DNA of 64,000 nucleotides, taken from the IMG/VR virus record IMGVR_UViG_3300027917_001949, positions 88,754 through 152,753 of that record; one strand, 5' to 3'. Position 1 is the stretch's first letter. Each line of letters begins with the position of its first letter. Of this stretch, positions 31,351 through 43,819 are shown one piece after another. The translations under genes and the position numbers were made by a program. Below the pieces are notes generated by a model. That model ran no database searches, had not been told where the DNA came from, and saw only the letters and a list, made by a program, of their open reading frames with translations. Source of the DNA: a virus.

Positions 31351-32118
31351 CGCTCACCGAGGATTCCTTTGCCGGACACCCATCAAGTTTTTTCGTGGTT
31401 CGTTCTCCGGTGTATTCAATTTCCGCATTAAGATAATTACAGTACAGGTCATATTCGTAGCCAGCACCATTATCAAACAGTGGGCATTCTTCGCAGTACT
31501 CACCTTTCGGTATCCTGACCTTAACCTCGACGTATTTATCTGCCTCGATTAATGTCTCAAAAAATTCAATGGTAGACCTGACGAAATATGCTGCCGTGGA
31601 TAACCGTTCCGCTGATTTGGCATGAGTATGCATCGCACACCCATCAACCCGCCACTCATTACCGTTGCTGTCCGGTGGGTTTAGTGGTATTAAACTCACA
31701 CTGAGTTTATCTCTCTTGCCGTTAGAAAATTTAACCCAACAGTGAAATGTCTCACTACCGTCACGATGAGTGACAACCGCCACCTCCACCGGATATACAC
31801 CGCAATCGGTTTTTAATTCTATTTTATGCTTTTTCATTTTGCCAACTTCTTTGGTACTCTCCCTGTACCGTTACACTTGAGACAAGTCCAGTTAGTAGTC
31901 GGTGAGCGATGCCCTGACGAACATACACCTGTACCCTTACACTCAGGGCACTGCTCGTAGAACTTAACTTCCATAGCTATCAAGTTAAGTTTCAGGTCGG
32001 TGTATGCAAATGCCAGTTCTTTGAAGCGAGGGTTCAAATAGAACCAGTCCTCATCAACCCCCGCTTCTCTGGCAAGTTCGTGAGTACAATCCATTAGGTA
32101 TTCTTTCATAGCACCCAT
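31343..32118 (-). CDS. Two hypothetical genes; 31834-32118 ends in a DnaJ-type CxxCxGxG zinc finger
   Basis: CPECKGTG...CLKCNGTG. Confidence 0.7.
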
Positions 32119-32906
32119 TATAATTCACCCCAAATATTTTCGTAATGCGATATTACCGTGCCAACCATAAGTTCGGTCTTGGTTCGTATGGTTGACTCGA
32201 AGTCACGTCCTTTACCGGTTGCCCATGATTCACCACCAATCGTAACTTCATAGCTCGGTAGTTCAATGCTTTCCCTGATGCGTGCCCTTATCTTTCCTTC
32301 CTTTGTGATAAAGACTTCAACCTTTGGGAAGTGCTTCTGTGTATTTTCTGCCTCTATCACTCGGTCAATTATCGGTTTACACTCATGGTCAAGCATGTAG
32401 TGAGGACTGTCATAAAAGCCCCAACAACTGTCCACGTGTTCACCATCAGCGTCCTCGATAACGTAGCCGTACACCTGACCGGTGAGGTATTTATCATATG
32501 TTTCTACTTCACCCTCTAGTAACTTGATAGCCTTCTGCTCAACTGCTTTGCTAATCCGTTGCTTGCCGTACTCTTTTCTTAACGTGTCCTTTTCTACGTA
32601 GATGAATCCTACCTGCCCCCAATCCCATCCTTGTGGGTCGCAGTGCCTGAATCCACCGGTGTTCATGCTGATACCGGAATGGTCAATCAGAAATAGCGGT
32701 AATGCCACAACATCATCCTGCTCTACGAATTCAATCAAGTCGTGAGCATCACCGAAGTCGTGACTATCACCCAAGTCATAGCGTCTGTGAAAACATGCCA
32801 TTGTCCCGAGATTATCCCAATCTCTAGGACTGCCAGGGTCTATGTCCTGATAGATTTTAATTTTGTAACCCCTGTATTCCTCGTCCAGTGCCAAATATTC
32901 GTCCAT
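32118..32906 (-). CDS. Conserved hypothetical phage protein
   Basis: SPRDWDNLGTM, LPLFLIDHSGISM, WDWGQVGFIY, SCWGFY. Confidence 0.75.
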   Translation of the reverse strand: MDEYLALDEEYRGYKIKIYQDIDPGSPRDWDNLGTMACFHRRYDLGDSHDFGDAHDLIEFVEQDDVVALPLFLIDHSGISMNTGGFRHCDPQGWDWGQVGFIYVEKDTLRKEYGKQRISKAVEQKAIKLLEGEVETYDKYLTGQVYGYVIEDADGEHVDSCWGFYDSPHYMLDHECKPIIDRVIEAENTQKHFPKVEVFITKEGKIRARIRESIELPSYEVTIGGESWATGKGRDFESTIRTKTELMVGTVISHYENIWGEL

Positions 32907-33326
32907 TTTTCTTCCTTCTGAGGCTTAGCCCCATACTTTATTTTACCAACAGACTGTGATTAGATAATCTCCCGCTTCAATGATGCCCTTCCAGACAAGG
33001 TAACATAAGATGCCACCTGCTCGGTACATCAACTTACCTGATTCTATATCACTCACATCAAAGTCTGTCATGTAATCAACCTTTGCCACGTATGTTTTCG
33101 CTATATCGTTCGGTAATTCTTCGTACGCAACAAACTCATATGTGCCGTTTGCTGATGGTATATTGTCGTTTACGAGCCGGTCAAATTCCTGATAGTCCAT
33201 AACATTATAAGTCAATTTTTTCATGCCATCCACACCTATAACAGAAAAAGAATCGATATTTCCAACCCTTTACATTACGGTCAACGTAATGAGTCTCATG
33301 TCTTTGTAGGAAGTGCCGTAGATTTA

Positions 33327-33746
33327 TCATAAGTCCTTTTTCCTTTTCACATCGAAGCAACGAACCAGATATTTCTGCCGGTTTTCCATCTGGTCATGTC
33401 TGAACTTACCTCTGGCATCCCACCTGTTTCGTGATTCAAGCGTGGTTTGATATTCATTTGGTTGACCGGCATTAACAGTGATAAGTTCATCGGTTTTTTC
33501 ATACGGAAACATACCCCATTCAGCAAGTATGTCAAAAGCCGTCTCGATATACTGTTCACCGTAACCGTAAGTAAATGGTACTCTACCTATCAACTCATTA
33601 TTTACATAAACATTTACGCTATGGTACGTGTTGCCATTTGTTCGTTCAAACCATCTCTTTGCTTCAATCATCACGATACAATTGCCAGCACGATTTCCGG
33701 TCAAACATTTGAATCGATTATTGCATTGTTCACATACATTATCCAT
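33327..33746 (-). CDS. Hypothetical protein with N-terminal CxxCxxRFxC module
   Basis: Likely start at 33746 after AAGGAG: MDNVCEQCNNRFKCLTG...RWFERTNGNTYHS...YGYGEQY. Confidence 0.8.
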   Translation of the reverse strand: MDNVCEQCNNRFKCLTGNRAGNCIVMIEAKRWFERTNGNTYHSVNVYVNNELIGRVPFTYGYGEQYIETAFDILAEWGMFPYEKTDELITVNAGQPNEYQTTLESRNRWDARGKFRHDQMENRQKYLVRCFDVKRKKDL

Positions 33747-36236
33747 TGCCGTCTCCTTCATCCGGTATGACATTATCGAATGCCGTACTTCGTTTCTCAA
33801 GGTTTATTTCGTATACCGTACACGTACAATCGATTGTTGTCATTGTAACATCATATACGTCACCCAATGTATGTAGTAGCCAAGTTAATTCGTTCAGGTC
33901 AAGTTCCATGTTTTGTGGTGTGTGTAGGTGTAGTTTAATTTTAGTGCCCATTAATCCCACCTTACCGAATTGAACAGGAAGTATTTATACTCGCCACCAG
34001 ACTTCGGAAACTGCTTGTTGAAATCCTGTGCCAGTTTGTTCACCGCTTCCTTCATCCAGTCGAACTTAGCTTTCCTATCGTCAAGCCGTTGCTGTTCTTC
34101 CTGTTCTGTCATTGGTTTCGCATGTCTCATGTTGCTACCCCACTCTGGCGCCATTGTTCACCTCGCTGTTCTATGCCCTACGACCACCTTATAGTCTCGC
34201 AAGTTCACTATGATTATCTCGTTGTGCATCAGTTCCCGTGCCGTATCTATCGGTATACCCAACTCTGCCAGGATTTTCGCTGTTCCATTCGGACCTTCGC
34301 CACCATAACCACAGGTACAACCAGACAGCAGAATATCATCTTGTGTGCCAATAATCATGACGTTCCACTCAAGAGGATATGACATACCATCATCCTCTAC
34401 CATTTCATGATAAACGCCATCCTTACGAGCGTACACTGATAGAGGTTCACCGAGTCTACTTTTGTTCTCTTGCCAGAACTCAAGACTCCTTCGTGTAATT
34501 CCGTGCCCTTCGTCTTTAAGAATCATCTGACACCCCCAATTACTTTTAGCTTCTTGAATCGTTCCGCCACACGAGTCTGTGGTACGGTTATATGACCGGA
34601 TTTAACGCCATCCATAAAAGCAAATAATGTTTCGACATATTTATCTCTACGGTGGTCACAAACAATCCGATACTTATCTTTCTTATTAACTCCCTTTGCC
34701 AGTGACATTATCTTACCCCCAACTTTCGCTGTGCAACAACGAGCGATGCTTGTATGTTCTGCCTTTGCGATAGCTTTGTGATAACCTCACGTTCGACCTT
34801 GCCATCTTTTATCTGCTTTATCAGTTCTACCAGAACATCAGCAACTCGATTGATGCCACTGTGGACACCATCACCCGACTGGTATCGTTCAGCATCCCTG
34901 ACCTTCTGTAGCCAATAATTGACTACTCCATTCTCATCAGAATTACTTGCTCGATTTTCTGTTGACCGGTGTGTGCCAAGTTCTCGCTTACGTTCTTTCT
35001 GTTTACTCATGGATGCAACTCCCAACTAAAATTATGCCAGTACCCGCACTTCATGCACTCGAATGCGGCGTATACATTATCCGGTTCAATGTGTCCATTT
35101 TCATCGTAACTATGCCACGTATCCAAACTAAGTTGTATGTTCCTATGTGCCACTGTGTTCTTAACCGGACACACGTAACTCAGTTTGAGTTCAAAGCCAT
35201 TAATAGTCATACTATTATGTATCATTTTGCCGTGAAATAGATTGCATCTATCCTCTCATTATTATTATACACCCTGCCGCTTAATTAATCAAGTCTCGGT
35301 GTGATGTGTCTCGGAGTTATCTGACAGCGTATGCCAAATATCACCTGTTCAACATCTCTCACGTCATTTAAAAAGCCGTCCGCTTCCTCTACCGTATCAA
35401 ATTCGTGGGTATGTATCTCTTCTCGGTAGTCCTCATACATTTGCCCGTTGTTTGACTTGACGAGTAATAAATACTTTGAGTGTTCTAGCAGTTTCAATGC
35501 ATCTTCTGCCACCGCTAGTGCTTCGTTGAAACTGTTCGCTTCCTCTAAACCAGTATCGTCTGCCATTCCTACTCCCCTGTGTAGTATTTCTCGTGCCGTT
35601 TTGTAGTTCATTATTTCACTATCTCCAATGCTAGATAATGGTAGTCAAATTGCCGACAGTAGTCAAACCACTGTTTACGTGTCATAAATATCGGATGCTC
35701 ACAACCATTGGCATCAATCTCTATTGCGTGGGTAAATGTTACGCTACCACATTTAGGGCATGACCATCGAACCAACTCTTGCATTGTAGTTATACTATAA
35801 CAATGACTTGATTCAATGACGCCAGACCCACATTCACAAAATTCACTCATAGCCATACATACCTATTAAACCGTAATTCACCGAATAACCCACCGGACGC
35901 ATACAGACGATAGCCAACTGTTCTACCATCATGAGTCACCGGTTCTCGGTAATGTGTGAATATCCAGTTCAAGCCGTACTCCTTTCGTTGTTCCTCTGTT
36001 AATTGTTCTTTAGCCATGTTGTTCTCCTTTTATTCTAATGGATATAACTCTGACCATGTTCTAAACCTGTCGCCATCTTTCAACGGTTGCTTGAATTTAA
36101 CTCCAAGCCAATCCTCATATATTCCGTATGTATCACCTTTCATAACATAGTCTATGTCGGCTTCATATCTGTTCAATAACTCTTTGAGTTCTTTCTTAAA
36201 TTCTACTAACTTCTGCTTGTCGTCCATTTTAGCCAT
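33739..36236 (-). CDS. Array of about nine small hypothetical genes
   Basis: Tandem minus-strand ORFs with RBS-like purine tracts. Confidence 0.6.
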
Positions 36237-36252
36237 GACACTCCTCTCTGTT

Positions 36253-36564
36253 CTATACCACCAATAGAAATGTATTCCATGCCACCACCATTACCATCAT
36301 TAGATTGAACACTCCAAACGATACCAGACCAATTCGCTTGTGGCGTTTGCACACAATGACCATCATCATCGCTGCCAGGATTGTACCGACTATCTTTAAT
36401 AGCCAGAAGTCAACTGAACTACCGGATAACAACCCATCCACGAATACGTTCCCTTCCATGCCATACTCGTGTGTGAGTAGATACTGGGTCAGCAGAGCGT
36501 CAGCCACACCAAGCATGACTAACGCTCCTGCCATTCCCCGCACCGAGAACATTTCTGCCCTCAT
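36253..36564 (-). CDS. DUF5658-like membrane protein
   Basis: DALLT...G.EGN.F...LLK plus three hydrophobic helices. Confidence 0.7.
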   Translation of the reverse strand: MRAEMFSVRGMAGALVMLGVADALLTQYLLTHEYGMEGNVFVDGLLSGSSVDFWLLKIVGTILAAMMMVIVCKRHKRIGLVSFGVFNLMMVMVVAWNTFLLVV

Positions 36565-37463
36565 TAGTCTACCCTTCCATCAGCCGACCACGAACCGATT
36601 GCTCGATTCTCATATGCCTTGAAGATGAGTGGGTGGTCACTGTTGGATAATTTCAGCATCGGATGTTCCTGACGACTGTGCCGAATGTGTCCTGATACAT
36701 ACGTGTCACCGTTTAACATGATACCCCTTGTGGCGATGTGCGAACTTCCACCGGTATCACGATTCGGCAAGACAAACTTGTTTTCCATTGTTTTGTACAT
36801 AAGTTTATTCAACTTATCTACTGGTATCGGATTGCCGTCCTTCAATACTTCCATCGGTGCTTCTGTCTGGACGAAGAACCATTCACCCTGCCGGAGAAAG
36901 TCGTTGGTGGTCACTTCTTTCGGTTTCAGAAGTTCAAACGCATCCTCTACCGTTTCAGCCGGTTCAGGTAGTTCACAGATAAAATACTGTTGACCATCCA
37001 TAGAAGATAGGAAGTATCTGCCATCCTGCTCTATCACTGCCGATTCTGGTCTACGTTCCTCGTTAGGAAACCAGCCATCCTGAGCTAGTCCACTCAATGC
37101 CTCATACTCTGCAACCGTAATGTGGATGGTTTTATCCATCGAATCCCTTTTCGAATAGCCAACCAAATCCCACCGCTGTTGTTCATGGTCAACTAAGTTA
37201 AACAGCATGTAGTCTATCTTTGCCTGTCTCAAAGTAGTGAATGGTAACTGGATGGTGGCGTGTCGGAAACACTTCGACTGGTGTGCCGACGTTGAACTGG
37301 AGTATTTGTCTGCGTTTAGTACGAAGCCCCAGTCTCTCCGTACCAGTAGAGGGAAGTGTCTGCCGTAGGAGTACAACACGTCACCCCCGATAAACATGTG
37401 ACTTGCTTCTCCGTAGACTGCCCCCTCTACAAACTCATCGATAAGTACACTATGCCTTTTCAT
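36564..37463 (-). CDS. Conserved hypothetical phage protein
   Basis: LYSYGRHFPL, YSSSTSAHQ, RQGEWFF, H...EH. Confidence 0.75.
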   Translation of the reverse strand: MKRHSVLIDEFVEGAVYGEASHMFIGGDVLYSYGRHFPLLVRRDWGFVLNADKYSSSTSAHQSKCFRHATIQLPFTTLRQAKIDYMLFNLVDHEQQRWDLVGYSKRDSMDKTIHITVAEYEALSGLAQDGWFPNEERRPESAVIEQDGRYFLSSMDGQQYFICELPEPAETVEDAFELLKPKEVTTNDFLRQGEWFFVQTEAPMEVLKDGNPIPVDKLNKLMYKTMENKFVLPNRDTGGSSHIATRGIMLNGDTYVSGHIRHSRQEHPMLKLSNSDHPLIFKAYENRAIGSWSADGRVD

Positions 37464-38857
37464 TAACTGTCCCTCTCTTTCAATAGATTCATATTTAACC
37501 CACCGTATGGGATTCGTGCCTTTTCTTTATTCAGGACTATCGTTAGCCCTAAGTCAGCGATAATATCAGTCAAGTCATTCTCAAATGCACGAGTGTTATC
37601 GGTGTGCCTGCCGTTCATATGTGCGTACTCATGTATCGCTGTGCCTATGAAACGTCGATAGTCTTGTTCCTGAATTATGCTGTATGATACAGCTATGATA
37701 CCTGCCGCATGGTCAGCGTAACCCTCATCTTCAAATATTTTTATACCATCAATAGGTGGGTTGCTGAATATCTTTATTGGGTAAGTGTTAAGACAGGCTT
37801 CCGAAGCAATCATGGTTGCGAGACTAGATGCTCTTTCAAAGAACCTCTTCTCTCCTGCCTTTAACTTTGACAGTGGTATCGGTTTCTTAATATCTTTATT
37901 GATTACATCGGTTGAGTACTCGATGAATCTGCCAAGTGACCTGAGTAATCCCCAAGGCAACATCAGTACCACCCAGTTCCTTTCTAACGCTGCCAAATCA
38001 ACGCTTGGGTCACCGCAAGATAAACATACACGTTTGCCATATAGCTTGTGTATCACCGTTCTCCACTCTTGGCTTGGACTGAACATTACATCGTATTCTA
38101 TCGGTATTTTACCACCACCACTTTGCTCAAACTCGATGCCCTCTGTCAACAGAGTTTCCATGATTTCCTTTGTCTTTGTGCAGGTCAAAGCGGTAGCAAT
38201 TGCCTCTCGTATCGATGATTGGTTGATTGCCGACCTGTCTCGGTTTACCAAGTCTTTATCAAAGAAATTGTAACCATAGACTGAGTCAACTTCAGTTACT
38301 TTCAGACCATTCACCCAGACAGTGCCAGGAGCATCCATTATCTGGTATCGGTAATATTCGCCATCACGTATCCTACTTTCAATGATGGTAGCAGGTGAGA
38401 ACTTCAAGAATAGATTGCGTGCCTCTTCCAGTTCCTCATCCGAACATTGTAGATAAATCTGAGTACCACTACGTGTTTCGCCGCTGTCGGTTATATCGAT
38501 GGTCAGTAGCTCTGATTGCCACCTCTCATCGAACTGTAGCGAAAATACGTAATTCTTACCGAGAGATTGAATATGGACTTGCCGTCCCTCACGTGCAAAT
38601 ACAAGGCATCCAATCTTCATCCCCTCACCGAACTGCCCGATTGCGTCAGTATCACGTTTTGATGTTTTACCGAGAATAAAATCAGATAGGTGGACACCGA
38701 TGCCATTGTCGCATATAACCTGAAAGTCACCGCTTTCCTCGAATGTCAGGTCAGTGCCGGTATCGATAGCGTTCTGGATTATCTCTCGGATGGCGTCTCT
38801 GACCGTCCAATTCTCACAATAATTACGTTCAATGGTTAGTACTTGTTTATTTGCCAC
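37463..38857 (-). CDS. GHKL (HATPase_c) ATPase fused to a C-terminal HExxH metalloprotease-like domain
   Basis: REIIQNAID, DNGIG, IGQFGEGMK, GT; IHEYAH. Confidence 0.8.
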   Translation of the reverse strand: MANKQVLTIERNYCENWTVRDAIREIIQNAIDTGTDLTFEESGDFQVICDNGIGVHLSDFILGKTSKRDTDAIGQFGEGMKIGCLVFAREGRQVHIQSLGKNYVFSLQFDERWQSELLTIDITDSGETRSGTQIYLQCSDEELEEARNLFLKFSPATIIESRIRDGEYYRYQIMDAPGTVWVNGLKVTEVDSVYGYNFFDKDLVNRDRSAINQSSIREAIATALTCTKTKEIMETLLTEGIEFEQSGGGKIPIEYDVMFSPSQEWRTVIHKLYGKRVCLSCGDPSVDLAALERNWVVLMLPWGLLRSLGRFIEYSTDVINKDIKKPIPLSKLKAGEKRFFERASSLATMIASEACLNTYPIKIFSNPPIDGIKIFEDEGYADHAAGIIAVSYSIIQEQDYRRFIGTAIHEYAHMNGRHTDNTRAFENDLTDIIADLGLTIVLNKEKARIPYGGLNMNLLKERDS

Positions 38858-39124
38858 TGTCTGTCTCCTTTGTTTTTTCGCCTTTGACTGTTCGTATCTG
38901 GTTAGTCAGAATGCCTCGTGACCGTTTCAACCTTGTCTGCTCTGCCACCAGATTCTTTATATCAGACTTGTTTTTTATAATCTGATACTTGACATGGTTA
39001 AGCTCATGTTCGAGGATACCAGCTACCATGTCAAATGCCTCTTGTCTAGCTTTGGTCATTTTCATTGCCACTCCTTTCAAAATATTTCCCACTAACCTAT
39101 TGTACCACATAGCCTGAATTTTGG

Positions 39125-39583
39125 TCAAGTGTCTGTTCTTCCTGCCAGTCTATCAATCACCTGTCCTATGTCATACTCTAACCATGCGAGTGCCGCTTCC
39201 TTTTTGTCACCACCATGAGATTTACAACCTGCGCCGTTCTCACTAGGTTCAAGTAACCTACAACCTGCCGGTCTCTGTTCTGGTGGTAGTTCGCATCCGT
39301 TCTCTGCCTGGAAGGTACATCCAATACTGCCCCATGTTGGGTCGGTCAATATTCCTTCCATGCCTTTACCTACCGGTCTGATGAAATAGGCTCTGCTCAA
39401 GATGAATTTATCTTCACGTGGGTCGCCTTCCCACCAATCTACGCAGAATCTGCCGAGCCGAAGTGCTTCTTCTACCAAGTCAATGTCGTTGCCGAAGTCT
39501 TCCGGTAGACAGCAACCTGCCACTTTGCTACAGCAGTATCCACCGCAATTTTTACATATCTCTGGATTTAGGTAATTTGCCAT
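39125..39583 (-). CDS. YkgJ/CxxCxxCC Fe-S or Zn cluster protein
   Basis: CKNCGGYCC...CTF...GC...RPAGC. Confidence 0.75.
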   Translation of the reverse strand: MANYLNPEICKNCGGYCCSKVAGCCLPEDFGNDIDLVEEALRLGRFCVDWWEGDPREDKFILSRAYFIRPVGKGMEGILTDPTWGSIGCTFQAENGCELPPEQRPAGCRLLEPSENGAGCKSHGGDKKEAALAWLEYDIGQVIDRLAGRTDT

Positions 39584-39728
39584 CTTTCTCCTCGTTCCAT
39601 CTCACTTGAATTATAGCAGATGGAGTATCTTCGGTTAGCCAATCATATCTGGAGTGGGTATCTTTCTCTGCCTCAACCCTCTCCCTATTCTCTTTTGCCT
39701 TCTGATAATCATCGCACATCAAATCCAT

Positions 39729-41752
39729 TTATCGCACCCCACCATACCTTTCTGCCAGTTTGTCCAGTCCCTGTTGAAATTTAATTCTACCGACACCGGA
39801 CTTGTGTTGAAACGCCTTACCACGTTCCTTCTCAGCAATGTAGCCGATTCCATCACAACCCCAGATATTTCCAGGCTTTGACATGTGAAAGAATGATAGA
39901 ATTACAGAAGTTTTGCTGAGTGCATCGTCAAAGTCGCCATCATCATCTTGACGTACGGTGACGACTGACTGCCCATCATAACTGATGGAGAATTTTCTAT
40001 CGTGTGCTGTTACTTTATTCATTTGTGCCCTTCCTTAATTATAAGTTTCTCTTGCTGCCTCTTTAGCAGCTTCAGGATGAGCTTCTGCCCATTCCTTACA
40101 ATAGTTACCAGCGAAGTGAAAGTATCCGAACTCTGACCTTGGTTCGGCTGTCTGGTGACCGGAACAGAAGAACCAGCCATCTTCAAGTGCTTGACTTGCT
40201 TGTAAATCCCATCGTTCAAGTGTTTTATGAAAGTATGGCGATAACACGTCGATGTTACCGATAGCTTCCGAATCCCTACCGTCACGCTTTATCCAGACGT
40301 GGGCTTTGGTGTTTTCTCTGTCTGGATAGATACTAATGTATAATGACTGATAGATACTCATTAGCTGTCGGCTCATGCTCTTACGTAGATGGTCTCTATC
40401 CAAGTGCATCGACGACTCATGGTCTAACCTGCCATGTTTTATAGTGAAGTGATAACTGGAGTTATTCGACATGACTGCCGTAACATGCTCACCGTCTCTA
40501 AAGAAGTCAAACAGTGGATATAGCATTTGAAGCCTGTTATATTCCTCTTCCACCCTCTGCTCTGCCCGATAACATGCTTTGCATATCGTATCGCCATCGA
40601 TATTCCACTTGTGCAAGTCATAAGTATCTTTTATGTTACCACAATGGTTACATTTATATCCTGCCATTTTTGTACTCCTTATTTATTATTTTACCAGTCT
40701 ATTGGATTTGGTCTGTGTGCCAAGTAGTTTGCTACACCGTCCTTTGAGCAGCCAAAATCGACCAACACCCCATCGGATGCTTTGCCTACCCAAGACCTGG
40801 TTTTGGCATCATACCAGATAGTACCGTTTTGAATTAATTCGTTGAATTTCTCGAAGTCATGGGAACTACTTTTCATTGCCAGCTCCTACACGTTGCGTGC
40901 TTATTCGTTGACCTCTGGTTACCTTGATGCTACAGCCACGGTCATCCTCTGTTACGATGATATACTTTTTATTGCGTGACCGGTGGCGTTTGAAGTGTAT
41001 GTGAAACCTAGATACAACAGGGACACCATAACGACCAAATACCTCTAACCAGCCAAGTCTCTCATCGAGTATCTTGTCTACGTCATAGGCTTCAAGATAG
41101 AATATGTCGTTATCAGTGCCCTTACAGTCACATACATAGAATATACCGTTATGTTTATCACCAGTGAGAGTATCAACCTCTCTGGCGACACGGTACGACA
41201 TGTTACCCTTGTCTCTTTGTGCCTTTACTTCCTGCTGCTCGTGGCGCACGGAGTCAGCATTCCGCATAGCTTTTGCTTCGGCGTCTGTCATTATACCCCC
41301 CAGTTAAATACTTCGCCAGTGATGACATTCATCGCTGTTAATTCAGGTTTATCGCTAACATACTTCATAAGGCTCTTTTTGGTCTTGTATGCTTTGGCGA
41401 CGGAGTAGTTTGGACGGATAGCTTTGAATGGCGTCACTTCTATCACCTTACCGGTGAGGACTCGACTCGGCTTACGGAACATGTGCTTCCATTCAGTGCA
41501 ATGCCCACAGAGGTTATAGTTAGTCAGTGGACAAAGCCCTTTGGTCTTGCAGATGAATCGTTTCTGCCGATTCCACCCACTACCTGATTTCCGTATGTCG
41601 GCTTCGTCTACTTCACCACGTGAAGGGCAGACATTCGGATGGTAGTAAGGTTCACAGTGGTATACCTTGTTATCCTGTTTAGCCATTGCCATATCTCCTT
41701 TCATATTCTTTCCCACTATCTCTATTATAAGCGGCTTATTTCGATTTGTCAA
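39729..41752 (-). CDS. Five hypothetical early-type genes (39729-40022, 40035-40667, 40691-40876, 40866-41291, 41291-ca.41692)
   Basis: First genes downstream of the 41724-41752 promoter; AAGGAG RBSs. Confidence 0.65.
41724..41752 (-). promoter_or_regulatory. Strong sigma70 promoter driving the leftward arm
   Basis: TTGACA-17-TATAAT with GCCGCT before the -10 box. Confidence 0.9.
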
Positions 41753-42402
41753 CTATTATTTTCTGGCGCCTGGAAGAGGGTTGCTGTTCAGTCAAATGTC
41801 ATAATTGCCAAACCTTGGTGGGGGGTTCTGGTTCTGGCGAGATGCTCATACCTACCATATATACAGGCATCATATAGATAGTATAGTATTGTTCAAGCCA
41901 AACGTAAGGTTCTGTTCAGCAGATGCCAGCCCGACGACATACCCAGGATTACTTGCCGTATGTTTCCCGTACTCTGCTCGACGTTTGCCAGACATAGCTA
42001 TGAGTTCAACGTTTGCCATATATAGGGCTGAACGGTAACGTCATGCCTTCGTTGTTCAGAAAATTTGAAAACGTTGCCGCTCCTACGTCCAGCATATGTC
42101 CCACTGCCGTTCAGCGTACATGCTCCACGTATATGTCATTATTGCCGTGTATGTATATATGGTAGATATTTTGCCTAACGGAGACTATACAAGAACCCAC
42201 AGCCACCCCACGTTCTGTTCTGCGTTCATGGCGTTTATGCCGCTGTTCACTCTGTTCTGCCGAAACGGCGATTATGCCATACGAGCCACTGTTCTGCCAC
42301 GTGGCGATTATGCCGTTCGGTACTCTGTATATATGGTGGCATTTCTGCCGTACGACCTCTAAAGGTACGCTAATCCAGGATTATGGCTGATAAAATAAAG
42401 TC

Positions 42403-42431
42403 TTGACATCTGGTAATTCGCCGCTTATAAT
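42403..42431 (+). promoter_or_regulatory. Strong sigma70 promoter (cassette 1)
   Basis: TTGACA-tctggtaattcgccgct-TATAAT. Confidence 0.9.
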
Positions 42432-42452
42432 GTATATAGAGAGGTGAGAAAT

Positions 42453-43018
42453 ATGAGTAAAATACTACTGACAGTCTACAAAGACAACACGCACGAGGAA
42501 ACGACTCAAGCTATACGGTTTCTTAATTCCTTTGGTCGTGAGGTCGAAATCGTGAATTCGCCAAAGAAGCACCCGAAACGTAAAGAGAACTTTGGCAGGT
42601 TCATAAAGGAGAGTGCTAATGGGTAGTCAGTACCGGTGTCCGAAGTGTGGCGAGTTACATCACCCATTGAGGATGTGTCCCAAAGATTTAGGAAAGGAGA
42701 CGAATCATGGCGGAAGCACAAAAAGTTAATGCAGAAGATGTTATTGGCGAAATGTGTACCTGTGGTCACATCAAGGCATCTCACGCTGGACTGAATGGTC
42801 ACGGCTACTGCGAAGTTGACCTGTGTGACTGTGAACAGTACACATGGGACTTCTTCTTGGTTCAAAAGCCGAGATACTGTCCAGTATGTAGACAGCCGAT
42901 GCGACTCCTGGAGCTTTGTTATGTCGAAGACGTAACAGGCGAAGCCAAGACATGTTGGGCATGCGATTGCAACGAAGCATTCGTTTATATGGTTGAGCCG
43001 GTAGCCAGCCTTCAGTAA
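42453..43018 (+). CDS. Two small early genes (42453-42626; 42707-43018 Cys/His-rich)
   Basis: GAGG/AGGAG RBSs; CTCGH...H...C...CDC and CPVC motifs. Confidence 0.65.
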
Positions 43019-43147
43019 TGGCGTAGCTGTTCTGAGTAGGTGGCACGGATATGGGTGGCTGTTCAGTCACCCTGCCTGAAGATGGCATTTATGCCATACA
43101 TATCTAAAGGTACGCACTCCCAGGAGCTTTCGCCACGAAAATAATAG

Positions 43148-43176
43148 TTGACATCCGGTAATTTGCCTGCTATAAT
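43148..43176 (+). promoter_or_regulatory. Strong sigma70 promoter (cassette 2)
   Basis: TTGACA-tccggtaatttgcctgc-TATAAT. Confidence 0.9.
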
Positions 43177-43221
43177 ATATATGTAAAGGTCGAGTCCAGA
43201 GAACAGAAAAGGAGATAACCG

Positions 43222-43542
43222 ATGAGCCGAAGGAAAGATAGGGAACGAGCCAAGTCGGGATTAGTCTTTCGAAATTCTGCTGGTTTTTCTGGTTTAGTCA
43301 ATCGAGAGGAATGGGAAGCCGAACATCCTACCAAAACTCAACAGCGTGAGGCTCTTGACAAGTTCCTCAGAGAAGAGATGGCTAAAAAGAGAGCAGAACG
43401 TGAAGCACTCGATTTCAAAGACCAATCTGCTGTAGCAGCCGAAGCTATCCCGAACAGGTATTACTGCACAGCCTGTCGAAAGCATCACATCAAGACTTCG
43501 AAAATTGGCAGTGAACACTTGAATTTTTACTTGGAGGATTAA
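43222..43542 (+). CDS. Hypothetical early protein with C-terminal C2H2-like motif
   Basis: AAGGAG RBS; CTACRKHH...EH. Confidence 0.75.
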   Translation: MSRRKDRERAKSGLVFRNSAGFSGLVNREEWEAEHPTKTQQREALDKFLREEMAKKRAEREALDFKDQSAVAAEAIPNRYYCTACRKHHIKTSKIGSEHLNFYLED

Positions 43543-43819
43543 AATGAGTCAAGGATGTAAACTATTACTGGATAAAAAACATTGTACAGCATTCCCGAAA
43601 TGCATATTTCGAAAGGAATGCAAGGAGGCAAAGAATGGGTAAAGGTAATCCGGTAGTCGCAGCGGCGATAGACCAGGTGCATGAGCAAATCGATAAAGTT
43701 CAGCACCACATTGATGCGGGGGCTAGTTTACATATGCGAAATACCCAGATAGACAGGGCAATCGCTTCAGTAGACACTCTCAAGGCATCGCTCAAAGCAT
43801 TAAAGTAAAGGAGATAATC

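Noticed and set aside
224-41881. Plus-strand ORFs in the left arm (and minus-strand ORFs in the right arm)
   Set aside because: Antisense shadows of well-supported genes, with no motifs.
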